Of a stretch of 64,000 bases of DNA, positions 8,601-18,436 are shown piece after piece. The notes below the pieces were generated by a model. It saw only the letters and a program-made list of their open reading frames with translations, did no database searches and was not told where the DNA came from. Position 1 is the first letter of the stretch, and each line of letters begins with the position of its first letter. This DNA is from an uncultured Oscillospiraceae bacterium (GTDB taxonomy: Bacteria > Bacillota > Clostridia > Acetivibrionales > DTU013), in the NCBI GenBank assembly GCA_964512095.1, contig CAZEIH010000004.1:34919-98918 (forward strand), given 5' to 3'. The position numbers were made by a program, and so were the translations under genes.

Positions 8601-9734
8601 TCATTTCAGGTTTATATTCACAGTTACAGTGACAAAATCAGAATTAAGTCTGATTTCTTCAATTTGACTATCTATGGTTTCCATTTCAATTTGAAGCTTT
8701 GAAATCTCATCTGCATTTTTGACGGCGTTATCCGCTTTAAGCTCCTGTATCGCAGTATCATACCATACTGATTGTTCAACCAGCATATCTGCAGTAGCTG
8801 TCATTTCCTCAGATACAAATGCTCCTGTGTGTACATCAGCTGCACCAAAGGTTTCATTCAGTGCTGCCGCAAAGGTATAGTAGTCATCTTCTGTAAATAT
8901 ATATTTCAACTGTATCTGAGAGTTGTTTTTAGCTTGTATAGCAGAAGCCTCATGTATTTCATTGACATTGTCCTGCATTTCGTCAAGTGGGAGCATTGCG
9001 TTGTTCACAGACGCCAGGACAGTGACCTTACCCACTGTAACTCCCATATCCTTTGCTGTAATAGTGAAACTTGAGGATTTCTTGCTGAGCGTTTCATTGT
9101 CATCTAGATAAGTCTCATTATCACGAGCTACCATTGTCTCGGAACGGTCTACTCCAAAGCTTTTAGAGGGCGTACCTAACGGTTGATCATGCTGCTTAAT
9201 ACCATAATCCATATTTTGATCGCCGTCATTTATATCTGCGGACTCCGTCATTTGAATGGTAAATGCATCTGGAGCTCCATCCTCACTTGCCCCTGTAGCA
9301 TCAACTGGTGGAGTAGAGGGTGCTTGTGCTGTCATCCCGGCGTCTTTTTCATTCATTGAAAAATTATTAGAAAATAATCCAAACCTAACCATACTTCCCC
9401 CAAGGAAGATTAGGAGCATGGCCGCGGCTATAGATGCTAAGGTCCGTACAATAGGGTTATTCTTATTCTTCAGCTTTATCGGGACTACATTTATGTTTTC
9501 CTGTCTTGCTGAAATTGCCGTCAGTTTTTCATGTAGCTCTGCTTTGAATCCAACAGGTAGCTCCAGCATCGGCATATTATTGCAAATTCCAATTATCCTA
9601 AGCATTTCATCGAGTTCTTCCTTACATTCAGGACATTCTTTGATATGCTCCTCAAAAGCTAGCCTTTCATTGGCATCCAACTCATTATCAGCATATACGC
9701 TTATATTTTCCCTTATATCTGAACAGCTTGTCAT
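8601..9734 (-). CDS. Anti-sigma factor (zf-HC2 N-terminus, one TM helix, large extracytoplasmic domain)
   Basis: N-terminal H-x3-C-x2-C motif (HIKECPECKEEL); TM segment IVRTLASIAAAMLLIFLGG. It lies directly downstream of the ECF sigma gene. An AAGGAGGGG RBS precedes the ATG at 9734. Confidence 0.8.
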   Translation of the reverse strand: MTSCSDIRENISVYADNELDANERLAFEEHIKECPECKEELDEMLRIIGICNNMPMLELPVGFKAELHEKLTAISARQENINVVPIKLKNKNNPIVRTLASIAAAMLLIFLGGSMVRFGLFSNNFSMNEKDAGMTAQAPSTPPVDATGASEDGAPDAFTIQMTESADINDGDQNMDYGIKQHDQPLGTPSKSFGVDRSETMVARDNETYLDDNETLSKKSSSFTITAKDMGVTVGKVTVLASVNNAMLPLDEMQDNVNEIHEASAIQAKNNSQIQLKYIFTEDDYYTFAAALNETFGAADVHTGAFVSEEMTATADMLVEQSVWYDTAIQELKADNAVKNADEISKLQIEMETIDSQIEEIRLNSDFVTVTVNINLK

Positions 9735-9753
9735 CTCCACCCCTCCTTTCAAG

Positions 9754-10350
9754 TTATTTGACGTAATCATCAAATAAAAGTTCCCGCTTGGATGATAGAA
9801 TGTTTTTAAGAGCTACTCTAGCTCTATTGATTCTGGATTTCACTGTGCCCCCCGGACATTTCAAAGTCTCTGATATTTCTTCGTAACTCATACCATCAAT
9901 ATCTCGCAGAGTTATAACTACTCTCTGATCCTCAGGAAGCATATTGATAGCATCATTAACAATCCTGCGCACTTCCTCTCGTTCCGCGTTCTGCTCAGGA
10001 CCAATCTCATCACTTTCTACCTGGCGTTTCATATCACCGTCATCCATATGAATATCCTCATCTAGCGATAGAATCTTCTTGTTTTTTCTCTTTCGTATTT
10101 CATCCAGGCATACATTTGTAGTTATCCTATATATCCAGGTGGAAAAAGAAGACTCCTCTTTAAATTTGGAGATAGCCTTAAAAATCCTGACAAAGGTTTC
10201 CTGTGCCAGGTCTGCGGCATCATCATAATTCCCTATAATCCTAAATGCCAGATTGAACACTTTTTTTTGATATGCATCTATGAGCTCTTCAAAAGCTTCT
10301 ATATCGCCAGCTTTCGCCTTATGAAGCAAAAGCTGCTCATTTTGTTCCAT
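9754..10350 (-). CDS. ECF-type sigma-70 family RNA polymerase sigma factor
   Basis: Region 2 (FEELIDAYQKKVFNLAFRIIGNYDDAADLAQETFVRIF) and region 4 (EDQRVVITLRDIDGMSYEEISETLKCPGGTVKSRINRAR). An AGGGGG RBS precedes the ATG at 10350. Confidence 0.9.
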   Translation of the reverse strand: MEQNEQLLLHKAKAGDIEAFEELIDAYQKKVFNLAFRIIGNYDDAADLAQETFVRIFKAISKFKEESSFSTWIYRITTNVCLDEIRKRKNKKILSLDEDIHMDDGDMKRQVESDEIGPEQNAEREEVRRIVNDAINMLPEDQRVVITLRDIDGMSYEEISETLKCPGGTVKSRINRARVALKNILSSKRELLFDDYVK

Positions 10351-10401
10351 AGAATTCTGCTGCCCCCTGAAATCTATATAAAAATAACACATTTAACTCT
10401 A

Positions 10402-10430
10402 ATTATACCTTATACGAATAAATGTGTAAA
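10402..10430 (-). promoter_or_regulatory. Candidate sigma-A promoter for the sigma/anti-sigma operon (TTTACA-17-TATAAT)
   Basis: On the minus strand, TTTACA (10430-10425), a 17-nt spacer, then a perfect TATAAT (10407-10402), ~50 nt upstream of the sigma start. This is a hand match. Confidence 0.5.
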
Positions 10431-10459
10431 CGAGCATAGAAACATATCTCTTGTTTCAT

Positions 10460-10819
10460 TCAAAGTGTTTCGCACCCACCCGGATAGCTAATAGTCACCT
10501 TGCCGCATCTGGCTAGCATGGGTCCCATAAAAATTATCGATGAACGCATCTCCGCTGCAAGCTCAACTGGGATCTGAGTTTCTCTGATATTAGAAGAATT
10601 TATGGTTATAACATCGCCTTCTGCCTTTACACTGCAACCTATTTTTCTGAGTATTCCGATCATTACCTCCACATCTTTTAGTCCTGGACAATTCTTGATG
10701 ATACTTTCCCCGCCATTAAGCAGGGATGCAGCCAAAATAGGCAATACGGCATTCTTGGAGCCCTCGACTGCGATCTCACCCTGGAGTCTGGCGCCTCCCG
10801 TAATAACTAATTTGCTCAT
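10460..10819 (-). pseudogene. murA: Truncated murA (UDP-GlcNAc 1-carboxyvinyltransferase), N-terminal ~119 codons only
   Basis: MSKLVITGGARLQGEIAVEGSKNAVLPILAASLL...TISYPGGC matches the MurA N-terminus. Similarity stops right after PGGC and a stop follows 3 codons later. Full-length MurA is ~420 aa. Confidence 0.8.
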
Positions 10820-10868
10820 AAAAACACCTCGCACACATTCCATTTTATGCGAGGTAATTGTAATGTGT

Positions 10869-11978
10869 TCAGATTCTTTCGTAGTTGGAACATCGGGATA
10901 TGTTCAGGAGTATCCCCACCTCTGCCATAAAGAGGATAAGAGCTGTACCTCCTGAACTGAAAAAGGGTAGTGATACACCTGTAGGCGGAACAGAGTTTGT
11001 TACCACCGCCACGTTGAAAAGACTCTGAACGGCAATCAATGCAGTCACACCGGCTGCTATTAGACTTCCATATACATCAGGGGCATGGGCTGCTATTTTA
11101 ATACCTCTCCAGATAAAGACCATAAAGAGCAGTAGAACTGTAATAACACCGACAAAACCAAGTTCTTCGGCAAGTATCGGAAAAATGTAATCATTGTGGG
11201 GTTCTGGTACATACAAAAACTTTTGCATACTTTGGCCAAGTCCCCGTCCAAACAATCCGCCTGAGCCTATTGCATATAGTGACTGTATTGTTTGATATCC
11301 TTCATCTCGGGGGGCACTCCATGGGTTTAGCCAGGAATTAATTCGTGGAGTCATATAGTCGGTGAAAGTTATCACTGCCACTACAAGTGCACTTACAGGC
11401 AGAACCAAAACCAAAAAATGCCGAATCTTTGCCCCTGCAACGAACAAAATAATCATAGCGATGGAAATCATAATTATTGTTGCACTCAGATGGGTTTCCA
11501 GCAGTAAAAGCGTAGATATAATGCCTAGTATGAACAGGTATGGCAACAAATCACCAAAAAAGGTATTGAGGGGCTTTTTCCTTCTTGATAAGTAATATGA
11601 AAATGATAATATCAAAGCCAATTTTGCTAATTCTGAAGGCTGGAAACGGAAGCCTGCAATTATAATCCATCTCCATGAGCCGTGTGATTCACTGCCTATA
11701 CCAGGTATCAGAACCAGCGTAAGAAGGGCAATGCTGCCAAGTAGCAATATCAAAACTGTTTTTCTACCTATTTTGTGATAATCATAATTGGCGGCTAGTA
11801 GCATGGCAACCATACCAATTGCTGCAAATACCAGTTGTCTTTTTATGTAGTAGTATATATTGCCAAACTCCTTCTCGGCAGTTGGTGCACTGGCACTAAA
11901 AACCATGATAAGCCCTATCGAGAGCATTATCAGGACTGTTATGAATAACAAAAAATCGAATGGTTTTTTTTCCTTCAT
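10869..11978 (-). CDS. ftsW: SEDS-family peptidoglycan glycosyltransferase FtsW/SpoVE
   Basis: A 369-aa polytopic membrane protein with FtsW/RodA/SpoVE signatures (PSELAKL, EPHNDYIF, LPFFSSGG), located in the dcw cluster. Confidence 0.9.
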   Translation of the reverse strand: MKEKKPFDFLLFITVLIMLSIGLIMVFSASAPTAEKEFGNIYYYIKRQLVFAAIGMVAMLLAANYDYHKIGRKTVLILLLGSIALLTLVLIPGIGSESHGSWRWIIIAGFRFQPSELAKLALILSFSYYLSRRKKPLNTFFGDLLPYLFILGIISTLLLLETHLSATIIMISIAMIILFVAGAKIRHFLVLVLPVSALVVAVITFTDYMTPRINSWLNPWSAPRDEGYQTIQSLYAIGSGGLFGRGLGQSMQKFLYVPEPHNDYIFPILAEELGFVGVITVLLLFMVFIWRGIKIAAHAPDVYGSLIAAGVTALIAVQSLFNVAVVTNSVPPTGVSLPFFSSGGTALILFMAEVGILLNISRCSNYERI

Positions 11979-12085
11979 ATTTTAACCTCCGTGTAAGGTA
12001 TGGTTACATATCTCGTAAGGATACTCAGGGCTATAAATAATAAATTGTTTGCAACGGTGGCTAGGAATATCACTCATGGACAATG

Positions 12086-13111
12086 CTAGTAAAAGCTGAA
12101 TCTGAGTGTTGCAAAGCCAATTAGGCATAACACTATAGTTATTAGCCAGAAAACGCCTACCACCTTTGTTTCCTTCCATCCTGACAACTCGAAGTGGTGA
12201 TGGATGGGAGCCATTTTAAACACCCTTTTCCCTCTCAACTTAAATGATACTACCTGTATGAATACAGAAAAACTTTCCACTGCATAAATTGCCCCTGCTA
12301 CTAGTAGCATCCATGGCATTTTCATAACTACAGCAGCAGCACCTACAATCCCCCCCAGCGCCAATGACCCTGTATCACCCATTATCACCTTTGCGGGATG
12401 TATATTAAAAACAAGAAATCCTAGGCATCCGCCAGCTGTTATTGCACACATGAGCTTGATATTGTCCCATTCCGGCCTGGCCATAGCTACAATGGTAAAA
12501 AACACGGTGACAATTAGTGTAACTCCTGAGGCCAAGCCGTCCACGCCATCTGTCATATTTACAGAATTAGTGATCAGATACATAACAATGATAACAAGGG
12601 GTATAAATAACCAGATTGGCATTTTCACAACAGCATCAATACCCAGAAAAGGAATAATCATACCTGTGCCAAGATTAGGATTATAGGCCACATAAAATGC
12701 GAAAATAACCGAAACAAACAACTGTCCAAAAGACTTTTGTTTGGAATTTAGGCCGTCCTTATTTTTCTTTACGACCTTTATCATATCATCTATAAATCCT
12801 ATCAACGAATATCCCATAGATACCAACAGAATAGGTATAAGCTCGGGGTAACGCGGCGCAAATACCAATGTAGTTATAATCATAGGTATAATAAAAATTA
12901 GGCCGCCAATAGTAGGGATTCCCATTTTTTTTAGATGGGTAGCCGGTCCATCATCCCTTATCGTTTGTCCGAATTTAAGTCGCTTCAAAATCGGTATGAT
13001 AATTGGACCAGCAACGAGTGCTAGCAAAAAAGTTCCTGTAAATGCAACTACTTCCGTTGATCTGAATATGAACTCCAAACCCATTCCCCCGTATATACCT
13101 ATTGTTTTCAT
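12086..13111 (-). CDS. mraY: Phospho-N-acetylmuramoyl-pentapeptide transferase
   Basis: MraY motifs QTIRDDGPATHLKKMGIPTIGG, NSVNMTDGVDGLA and MGDTGSLALGG. Confidence 0.95.
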   Translation of the reverse strand: MKTIGIYGGMGLEFIFRSTEVVAFTGTFLLALVAGPIIIPILKRLKFGQTIRDDGPATHLKKMGIPTIGGLIFIIPMIITTLVFAPRYPELIPILLVSMGYSLIGFIDDMIKVVKKNKDGLNSKQKSFGQLFVSVIFAFYVAYNPNLGTGMIIPFLGIDAVVKMPIWLFIPLVIIVMYLITNSVNMTDGVDGLASGVTLIVTVFFTIVAMARPEWDNIKLMCAITAGGCLGFLVFNIHPAKVIMGDTGSLALGGIVGAAAVVMKMPWMLLVAGAIYAVESFSVFIQVVSFKLRGKRVFKMAPIHHHFELSGWKETKVVGVFWLITIVLCLIGFATLRFSFY

Positions 13112-13142
13112 CTATGCCTTCAGAAGACACCGACCTCTCAAA

Positions 13143-14552
13143 TCAATTAGCTTCTGTCAAACCATTGACTATCTCTTCCATTTTCATACCCCTGGAGCCT
13201 TTTACCAATATTGCATCTCCCTGACTGACAATATCTCTCAAAAAGCGCATGGCATCAACATTGCTGCTCATCATAGCTACATTTTCAGATGAAAAACCAG
13301 CCTCTACTGCTCCCCTAGCTATATCGATAGCTGCTGTACCCACTGCAATAATTTTATCAATCCTGCTTGCAGCGACATAGCGCCCAGCATCCAAATGGGC
13401 GTCAATGCTCCAATCTCCTAACTCAAGCATATCTCCCAGCACTGCTATCCTTCTTTTGGCGTCCAGCTCCTCCAGCACGTCTATAGCAGCCTTTACAGAT
13501 TGGGGACTAGCATTATATGCATCATTTATTACCGTCATGCCATTTGCCTTAATAATATTTAGCCGCATACTACCCGGACTGTAATTGGTAATCCCATTGA
13601 TCATCTTTTGCATATCAATGCCCAGCTCATGACCTGTTGCAAAGGCGGCGAGAGCATTATAGACATTATGTACTCCCGGTGCAGGCAGATTTACGCTATA
13701 TTCCCTTCTATCCACCATGATGTTGAAATCGACTCCGTTTTCACCTCTGGAACGTACATTATAGGCCTGAAAATCAACGCCCTCCTCCAAACCATATGAC
13801 AACGTTCGAACCTTCAGCAATCCCTTAACTCCGCTAAGCATACCATCATCACCATTTAAGATTAGGAGTCCACCAGGCTGCAGCCCTTCCAGTAACTCCA
13901 GCTTCGCCTTTAATATGTTTTGCCGCGTACCCAATCTTTCTATATGGGAAATTCCTATATTGGTTATTATTCCCACCTGGGGCCTGACAATACCAGCTAG
14001 TGTCCTAATTTCACTAAAGCCGCTCATACCCATTTCCACTACTGCTGCTTCATGTTCAGGCTCCAAAGTGAATATAGTCAGCGGTACACCAATCTCGTTA
14101 TTAAAGTTGCCTTCGTTTTTAAGAACATTGTATCCTGCTCCAAGGGCACATGCAACCATTTCCTTTGTGCTGGTTTTTCCTACGCTACCTGTAATACCTA
14201 CAAAGGGTATTGTAAATCTATTTCTATAGTACGCTGCTATATCTTGAAGGGCTTTTAAGGTATTATCGACTTTGATTAATATCAAAGGGGCTGATGCTGT
14301 ATCCTTATTTGCTATGGCTTTGCTCTTATCGGTTGGGTCTATTTCAGTTAATGCAGCTATAGCTCCATCTTTAAAGGCTTCCCAAATATAGTCATGGCCG
14401 TCAAAGTTTTCTCCCCTTAAGGGTATAAAAAGATGACCATGTCCTACCTTTCTGGAATCTGTTGATATTCCGCAAACAAATGCTTCAGCACATCCCTTTA
14501 ACAAAACGCCTCCCGTTGCTTCAATTATTTCTCCGATAGTAAGCTGGATCAT
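13143..14552 (-). CDS. murF: UDP-N-acetylmuramoyl-tripeptide--D-alanyl-D-alanine ligase
   Basis: Mur ligase fold with GITGSVGKTSTKEM, in the dcw position after murE. Confidence 0.93.
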   Translation of the reverse strand: MIQLTIGEIIEATGGVLLKGCAEAFVCGISTDSRKVGHGHLFIPLRGENFDGHDYIWEAFKDGAIAALTEIDPTDKSKAIANKDTASAPLILIKVDNTLKALQDIAAYYRNRFTIPFVGITGSVGKTSTKEMVACALGAGYNVLKNEGNFNNEIGVPLTIFTLEPEHEAAVVEMGMSGFSEIRTLAGIVRPQVGIITNIGISHIERLGTRQNILKAKLELLEGLQPGGLLILNGDDGMLSGVKGLLKVRTLSYGLEEGVDFQAYNVRSRGENGVDFNIMVDRREYSVNLPAPGVHNVYNALAAFATGHELGIDMQKMINGITNYSPGSMRLNIIKANGMTVINDAYNASPQSVKAAIDVLEELDAKRRIAVLGDMLELGDWSIDAHLDAGRYVAASRIDKIIAVGTAAIDIARGAVEAGFSSENVAMMSSNVDAMRFLRDIVSQGDAILVKGSRGMKMEEIVNGLTEAN

Positions 14553-14562
14553 ATGAACTCCT

Positions 14563-16017
14563 TTATTTCAATTTTTCATCAAGTATTTTCTTAACAATTT
14601 CCCTCTCATCAAAGTGAATCGTTTTATTATTAAATGTTTGGTAGGTTTCATGTCCCTTACCTGCCAACACTACAACATCTCCTGCATTCGCAGCTAATAC
14701 CGCATGTCTTATTGCCTCTTGCCGGTTAGTTATGCATATATAGCTATTAGCTACAGTTTTTATTCCTTCCTCTATCTGGGACATGATAGCTTCAGGATCC
14801 TCTGTTCTCGGATTATCCGAGGTGATTACTGTATAATCAGCAAGCTGTCCTGATATCCGGCCCATCATAGGACGTTTTGCTTTGTCTCTGTCACCACCGC
14901 ATCCAAATACACATATTACCCTTCCAACTACATACTCCCTGACCGCTTCAAGAATATTCTCTAGACTGTCAGGGGTATGGGCATAGTCTATTATAACACT
15001 GAAATCGGCTCCTGTATCCACCAACTCTGCCCTGCCCGGCACCTGTGCCCTTTCCAGTCCTAAAGCTACAGCATCTGTTGGGATTCCCAACAAACCACAT
15101 ACTCCTGCTGCAGCTAGCGCATTGTATACACTAAATCTGCCAGGTATATTGACCTTGAATCTTCCTTGGTACCAGGGTGATACCATATCAAATTCCACAC
15201 TGCTGGGCGCTTTGATTATGTTTACAGCCTTTATATCCGAATCCCTATCCAAGCTATATGTATATACTTTACACTCTGCCTCCTGTATGACTCTTGCTGC
15301 ATATTGGCTATCGAGATTCACTAGCCCTAATGCGCATATTCTGAACAGAATACATTTTGCTAGTAAATATTCTTCCATTGAGGCATGCTCTGTTTCGCTT
15401 ATGTGGTCCCTTGAAAGATTAGTGAATACACCTGTGTCAAATTCACAGTACTTCACTCTATGTAAAGCAAGTCCCTGGGATGAGACCTCCATTACTACAT
15501 CAGTTACCTTTTCCCCCGCCATTTGAGAAAAAATCTGCTGTAGGTCAAGGGATTCAGGCGTTGTCCTTTCGGAATATAGTATACGCTCCCCTATCCTAGT
15601 ACCAAGTGTACCTATCAGCCCTACCTTATGTCCAGCTGCCTCAAGTATGGTTTTTATCATGAAGCAGGTGGTGGTTTTCCCCTTGGTACCTGTTACCCCA
15701 ACTAAATTTAGCTTATTTGACACATGCCCATAAAATCTGGCAGATACGTAAGCCAAGGCTGATCGAGAATCCTCTACCACCACTATAGGTAATTCGGTTA
15801 CAAATGTCAGCAGCTTTTGAGTTATAAATGCAACGGCCCCGTAGTCAAGAGCCTGCTGCGCGAATTCATGACCATCTGACATTATACCGTCAATACAAAC
15901 AAACAAATAGCCCTTGCGTATCTTTCTTGAGTCATATGCGATCCCATCTATTTCAATGTTCACGTTTCCTCTTATGTAAAGGATATCCAACCCTTCGATT
16001 AGATCAGCCAAAACCAT
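14563..16017 (-). CDS. murE: UDP-N-acetylmuramoyl-L-alanyl-D-glutamate--2,6-diaminopimelate ligase
   Basis: Mur ligase with GVTGTKGKTT. The DNPR motif (TSDNPRTEDP) is typical of meso-DAP-adding MurE. Confidence 0.93.
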   Translation of the reverse strand: MVLADLIEGLDILYIRGNVNIEIDGIAYDSRKIRKGYLFVCIDGIMSDGHEFAQQALDYGAVAFITQKLLTFVTELPIVVVEDSRSALAYVSARFYGHVSNKLNLVGVTGTKGKTTTCFMIKTILEAAGHKVGLIGTLGTRIGERILYSERTTPESLDLQQIFSQMAGEKVTDVVMEVSSQGLALHRVKYCEFDTGVFTNLSRDHISETEHASMEEYLLAKCILFRICALGLVNLDSQYAARVIQEAECKVYTYSLDRDSDIKAVNIIKAPSSVEFDMVSPWYQGRFKVNIPGRFSVYNALAAAGVCGLLGIPTDAVALGLERAQVPGRAELVDTGADFSVIIDYAHTPDSLENILEAVREYVVGRVICVFGCGGDRDKAKRPMMGRISGQLADYTVITSDNPRTEDPEAIMSQIEEGIKTVANSYICITNRQEAIRHAVLAANAGDVVVLAGKGHETYQTFNNKTIHFDEREIVKKILDEKLK

Positions 16018-16045
16018 GGCGATTCTCCTTTACTCTATTTCCAAA

Positions 16046-18244
16046 TTACTCTACATTATCCATATTCCTAAATTCCACTAGAACTACACTGCCTTTCTTA
16101 ACCGCCACACCCTCCGCATACTGTTGCTTGTATACAACTCCATTACCCGACACCCTAATATTTAAGCCTGAACGATTTGCTGCTCCTATGGCTTCAGAGA
16201 TTGTCTTACCAGATAAATCCGGCATTTTTACAGTCTGCTCTCCTTCAGGTTTGTAGGTATATAGAATTACAGTTGAGCTCTCAGGAATCACAGAATTAGG
16301 CTTTGGTACTTGCTCAACAACGTTGCTTTCGTTATTTCCTTCCCCTTCAATGCTATATTTCAAGCCTGCTGACTTCAGGACCTTGACCGCCTCTCCTACA
16401 GTTTTTTTGCGAACATCAGGCACGTATACATCTTGTGTCATTGCTTTGAGATCCTCTTGAGAATACTGCCGTTCAACCTGCATATAGCTCAGTGTATCCT
16501 CTGATATCTTTCCAACTATTGGGGCTGCAATGACTCCTCCCATATGCGAGTCTCCTCTGGGGTCAATAAGCACTATTAGTGTTACTATCTCAGGATTATC
16601 GGCAGGAGCAAAGCCGCAGAAGGAGGCAATATAAACATTCTGTACTGTGGTCTCCGATGTGCCGGTTTTTCCTCCAACCCTGTAACCTTTTACGTATGCA
16701 TTATTACCTGTTCCCTTTGCTACTACACCCTCCAGTATATCTCTAACAGTTTGGGATGTCTGTTCAGATATTACTGTTCTTACCACCTGGGGCTCATACT
16801 TTTCTACTGTATTGCCCTCAGAGTCTGTTAATTCTTTTATCAAACGTGGTTTCATCAGCTTGCCGCCATTAACAAGAGCACAATAGGCAGTTGCAAGCTG
16901 CAAAGGTGTTATTGTGAACCTTTGGCCGAAGGAAGCTACAGCCATGTCGATTTCCTTGGGCTTTGGCTGAAATTGAGACTTTGCCTCACCCTTTAATTCT
17001 ATTCCTGTCTTATCCATAAAGCCAAACGCCTTCATATAGCTGTAGAAACGCTCCAGCCCAAGGCCTTGTGCCACTTTAACAAAAGCTGGATTACACGAAT
17101 TATACACAGCTTCTCTAAAGCTCTCTGTACCATGGGGCCTTTCTACACGCCAACAGTTTATGGGCTTAGGCCAACCGTCCACTTTGATGGGCAGATCATT
17201 TGTGATTGTTTCCGGAGTTACTACCCCTTCTTCTAAGCCTGCAGCAGTTGTTATACTTTTAAATGTGGAACCAGGCTCGTAGGTATCCGTTAAAGCCCTA
17301 TTCCTCCATACTGTCTTACTGAGAATATTAACTGAACTACTGGACCTTTCAACCCACTCTGAAGGATCAACACCATCAATCTCTATTTTTGCTGGATATG
17401 CAAAGGGACTGTTGAGATCATAGTCAGGCTTAGAAACCATTGCAATGATATCCCCTGTTTTAGGATTCATAACGATGCCTACGGCACCACCCTTAACTTT
17501 ATTATCCTCAACGGCCTTATCCAAGGATTTGGACAAGAGGTACTGTATTGTTTCATCAATAGTCAGCACAACATTTAGACCATCTTGAGCATCTATTCTC
17601 TTTTCTGAATCTGACGGTACAGCACTTCCTCTTGCATCCACCTCGCTAAGTATTTTTCCTGGGGTGCCTTTGAGATACTTATCCATAACCTCTTCAATGC
17701 CACCCATGAGTCCTTGATTATCATCTCCGGCAAATCCAAGTATATGGGACATAAGATTCCCATTGGGATAGTATCTTTTAGCATCCTCATCAATATTTAT
17801 GCCCTTTACACTGTTTTCAGACATCCAGGTCCTTATCTGTATCTCTATATCTCTATCCACCTTGCGCTTTATAACTGCGCTGTTTGCTTTTTTTGTAATA
17901 AGACGGTGGACATCATCTCTATTTAAGGAAAGTATTTCAGCCAGTTGATTGGCTACCTGATCAACACTTAGCCTTTTGTTTTTCTTGATTTCATTGGGAT
18001 TGCAGCTTATAGTTCCAGCTTGAACGCTGATTGCCAGCTTTTTGCCATTCCTGTCGTATATCGTACCTCTAATAGGACTGATTATTCTGCCAGTGTTCTG
18101 CTGTACTGAGACTTTTTTTTGTAGCTCACTTCCCTGAACAAACTGTATTTGGGCAAGCCTCCCGATTAGGGTTATTACAACTACTGCGAATACACACAAT
18201 AGTACTATTAGACGTCTTTTTACAACAAGTCCCGGTGCCGTCAA
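16046..18244 (-). CDS. Class B penicillin-binding protein (FtsI/PBP2B/SpoVD type) with two C-terminal PASTA domains
   Basis: N-terminal TM helix, dimerisation domain, transpeptidase motifs STFK, SCN and KTGTS, and two PASTA repeats (VPDVRKKTVGEA..., MPDLSGKTISEA...). Confidence 0.93.
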   Translation of the reverse strand: MTAPGLVVKRRLIVLLCVFAVVVITLIGRLAQIQFVQGSELQKKVSVQQNTGRIISPIRGTIYDRNGKKLAISVQAGTISCNPNEIKKNKRLSVDQVANQLAEILSLNRDDVHRLITKKANSAVIKRKVDRDIEIQIRTWMSENSVKGINIDEDAKRYYPNGNLMSHILGFAGDDNQGLMGGIEEVMDKYLKGTPGKILSEVDARGSAVPSDSEKRIDAQDGLNVVLTIDETIQYLLSKSLDKAVEDNKVKGGAVGIVMNPKTGDIIAMVSKPDYDLNSPFAYPAKIEIDGVDPSEWVERSSSSVNILSKTVWRNRALTDTYEPGSTFKSITTAAGLEEGVVTPETITNDLPIKVDGWPKPINCWRVERPHGTESFREAVYNSCNPAFVKVAQGLGLERFYSYMKAFGFMDKTGIELKGEAKSQFQPKPKEIDMAVASFGQRFTITPLQLATAYCALVNGGKLMKPRLIKELTDSEGNTVEKYEPQVVRTVISEQTSQTVRDILEGVVAKGTGNNAYVKGYRVGGKTGTSETTVQNVYIASFCGFAPADNPEIVTLIVLIDPRGDSHMGGVIAAPIVGKISEDTLSYMQVERQYSQEDLKAMTQDVYVPDVRKKTVGEAVKVLKSAGLKYSIEGEGNNESNVVEQVPKPNSVIPESSTVILYTYKPEGEQTVKMPDLSGKTISEAIGAANRSGLNIRVSGNGVVYKQQYAEGVAVKKGSVVLVEFRNMDNVE

Positions 18245-18330
18245 CCAAATCTCCCCCCTCGGAATTGAAATTTGTAATATAAGGAAACAAAACTTTCCTG
18301 CAAACGGAAATTTCCCTAATAAAACTGTGT

Positions 18331-18358
18331 ATTATAAAAAAGACTATAGACCATGCAA
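18331..18358 (-). promoter_or_regulatory. Candidate internal promoter upstream of the PBP gene (TTGCAT-16-TATAAT)
   Basis: On the minus strand, TTGCAT (18358-18353), a 16-nt spacer, then TATAAT (18336-18331), within the 192-bp ftsL-PBP spacer. This is a hand match only. Confidence 0.3.
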
Positions 18359-18436
18359 AAAATAATATTTTACACTATCCACAGTCTATTTTTTCTCATA
18401 AATGTCGCTCTTTACTGTCTGCAGCTTTTATGACCT

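Noticed and set aside
11982-12179. 65-aa ORF overlapping the mraY 3' end and the mraY-ftsW spacer
   Set aside because: It overlaps mraY out of frame and has no RBS or homology. It does not represent a hidden murD remnant (no Mur ligase motifs).
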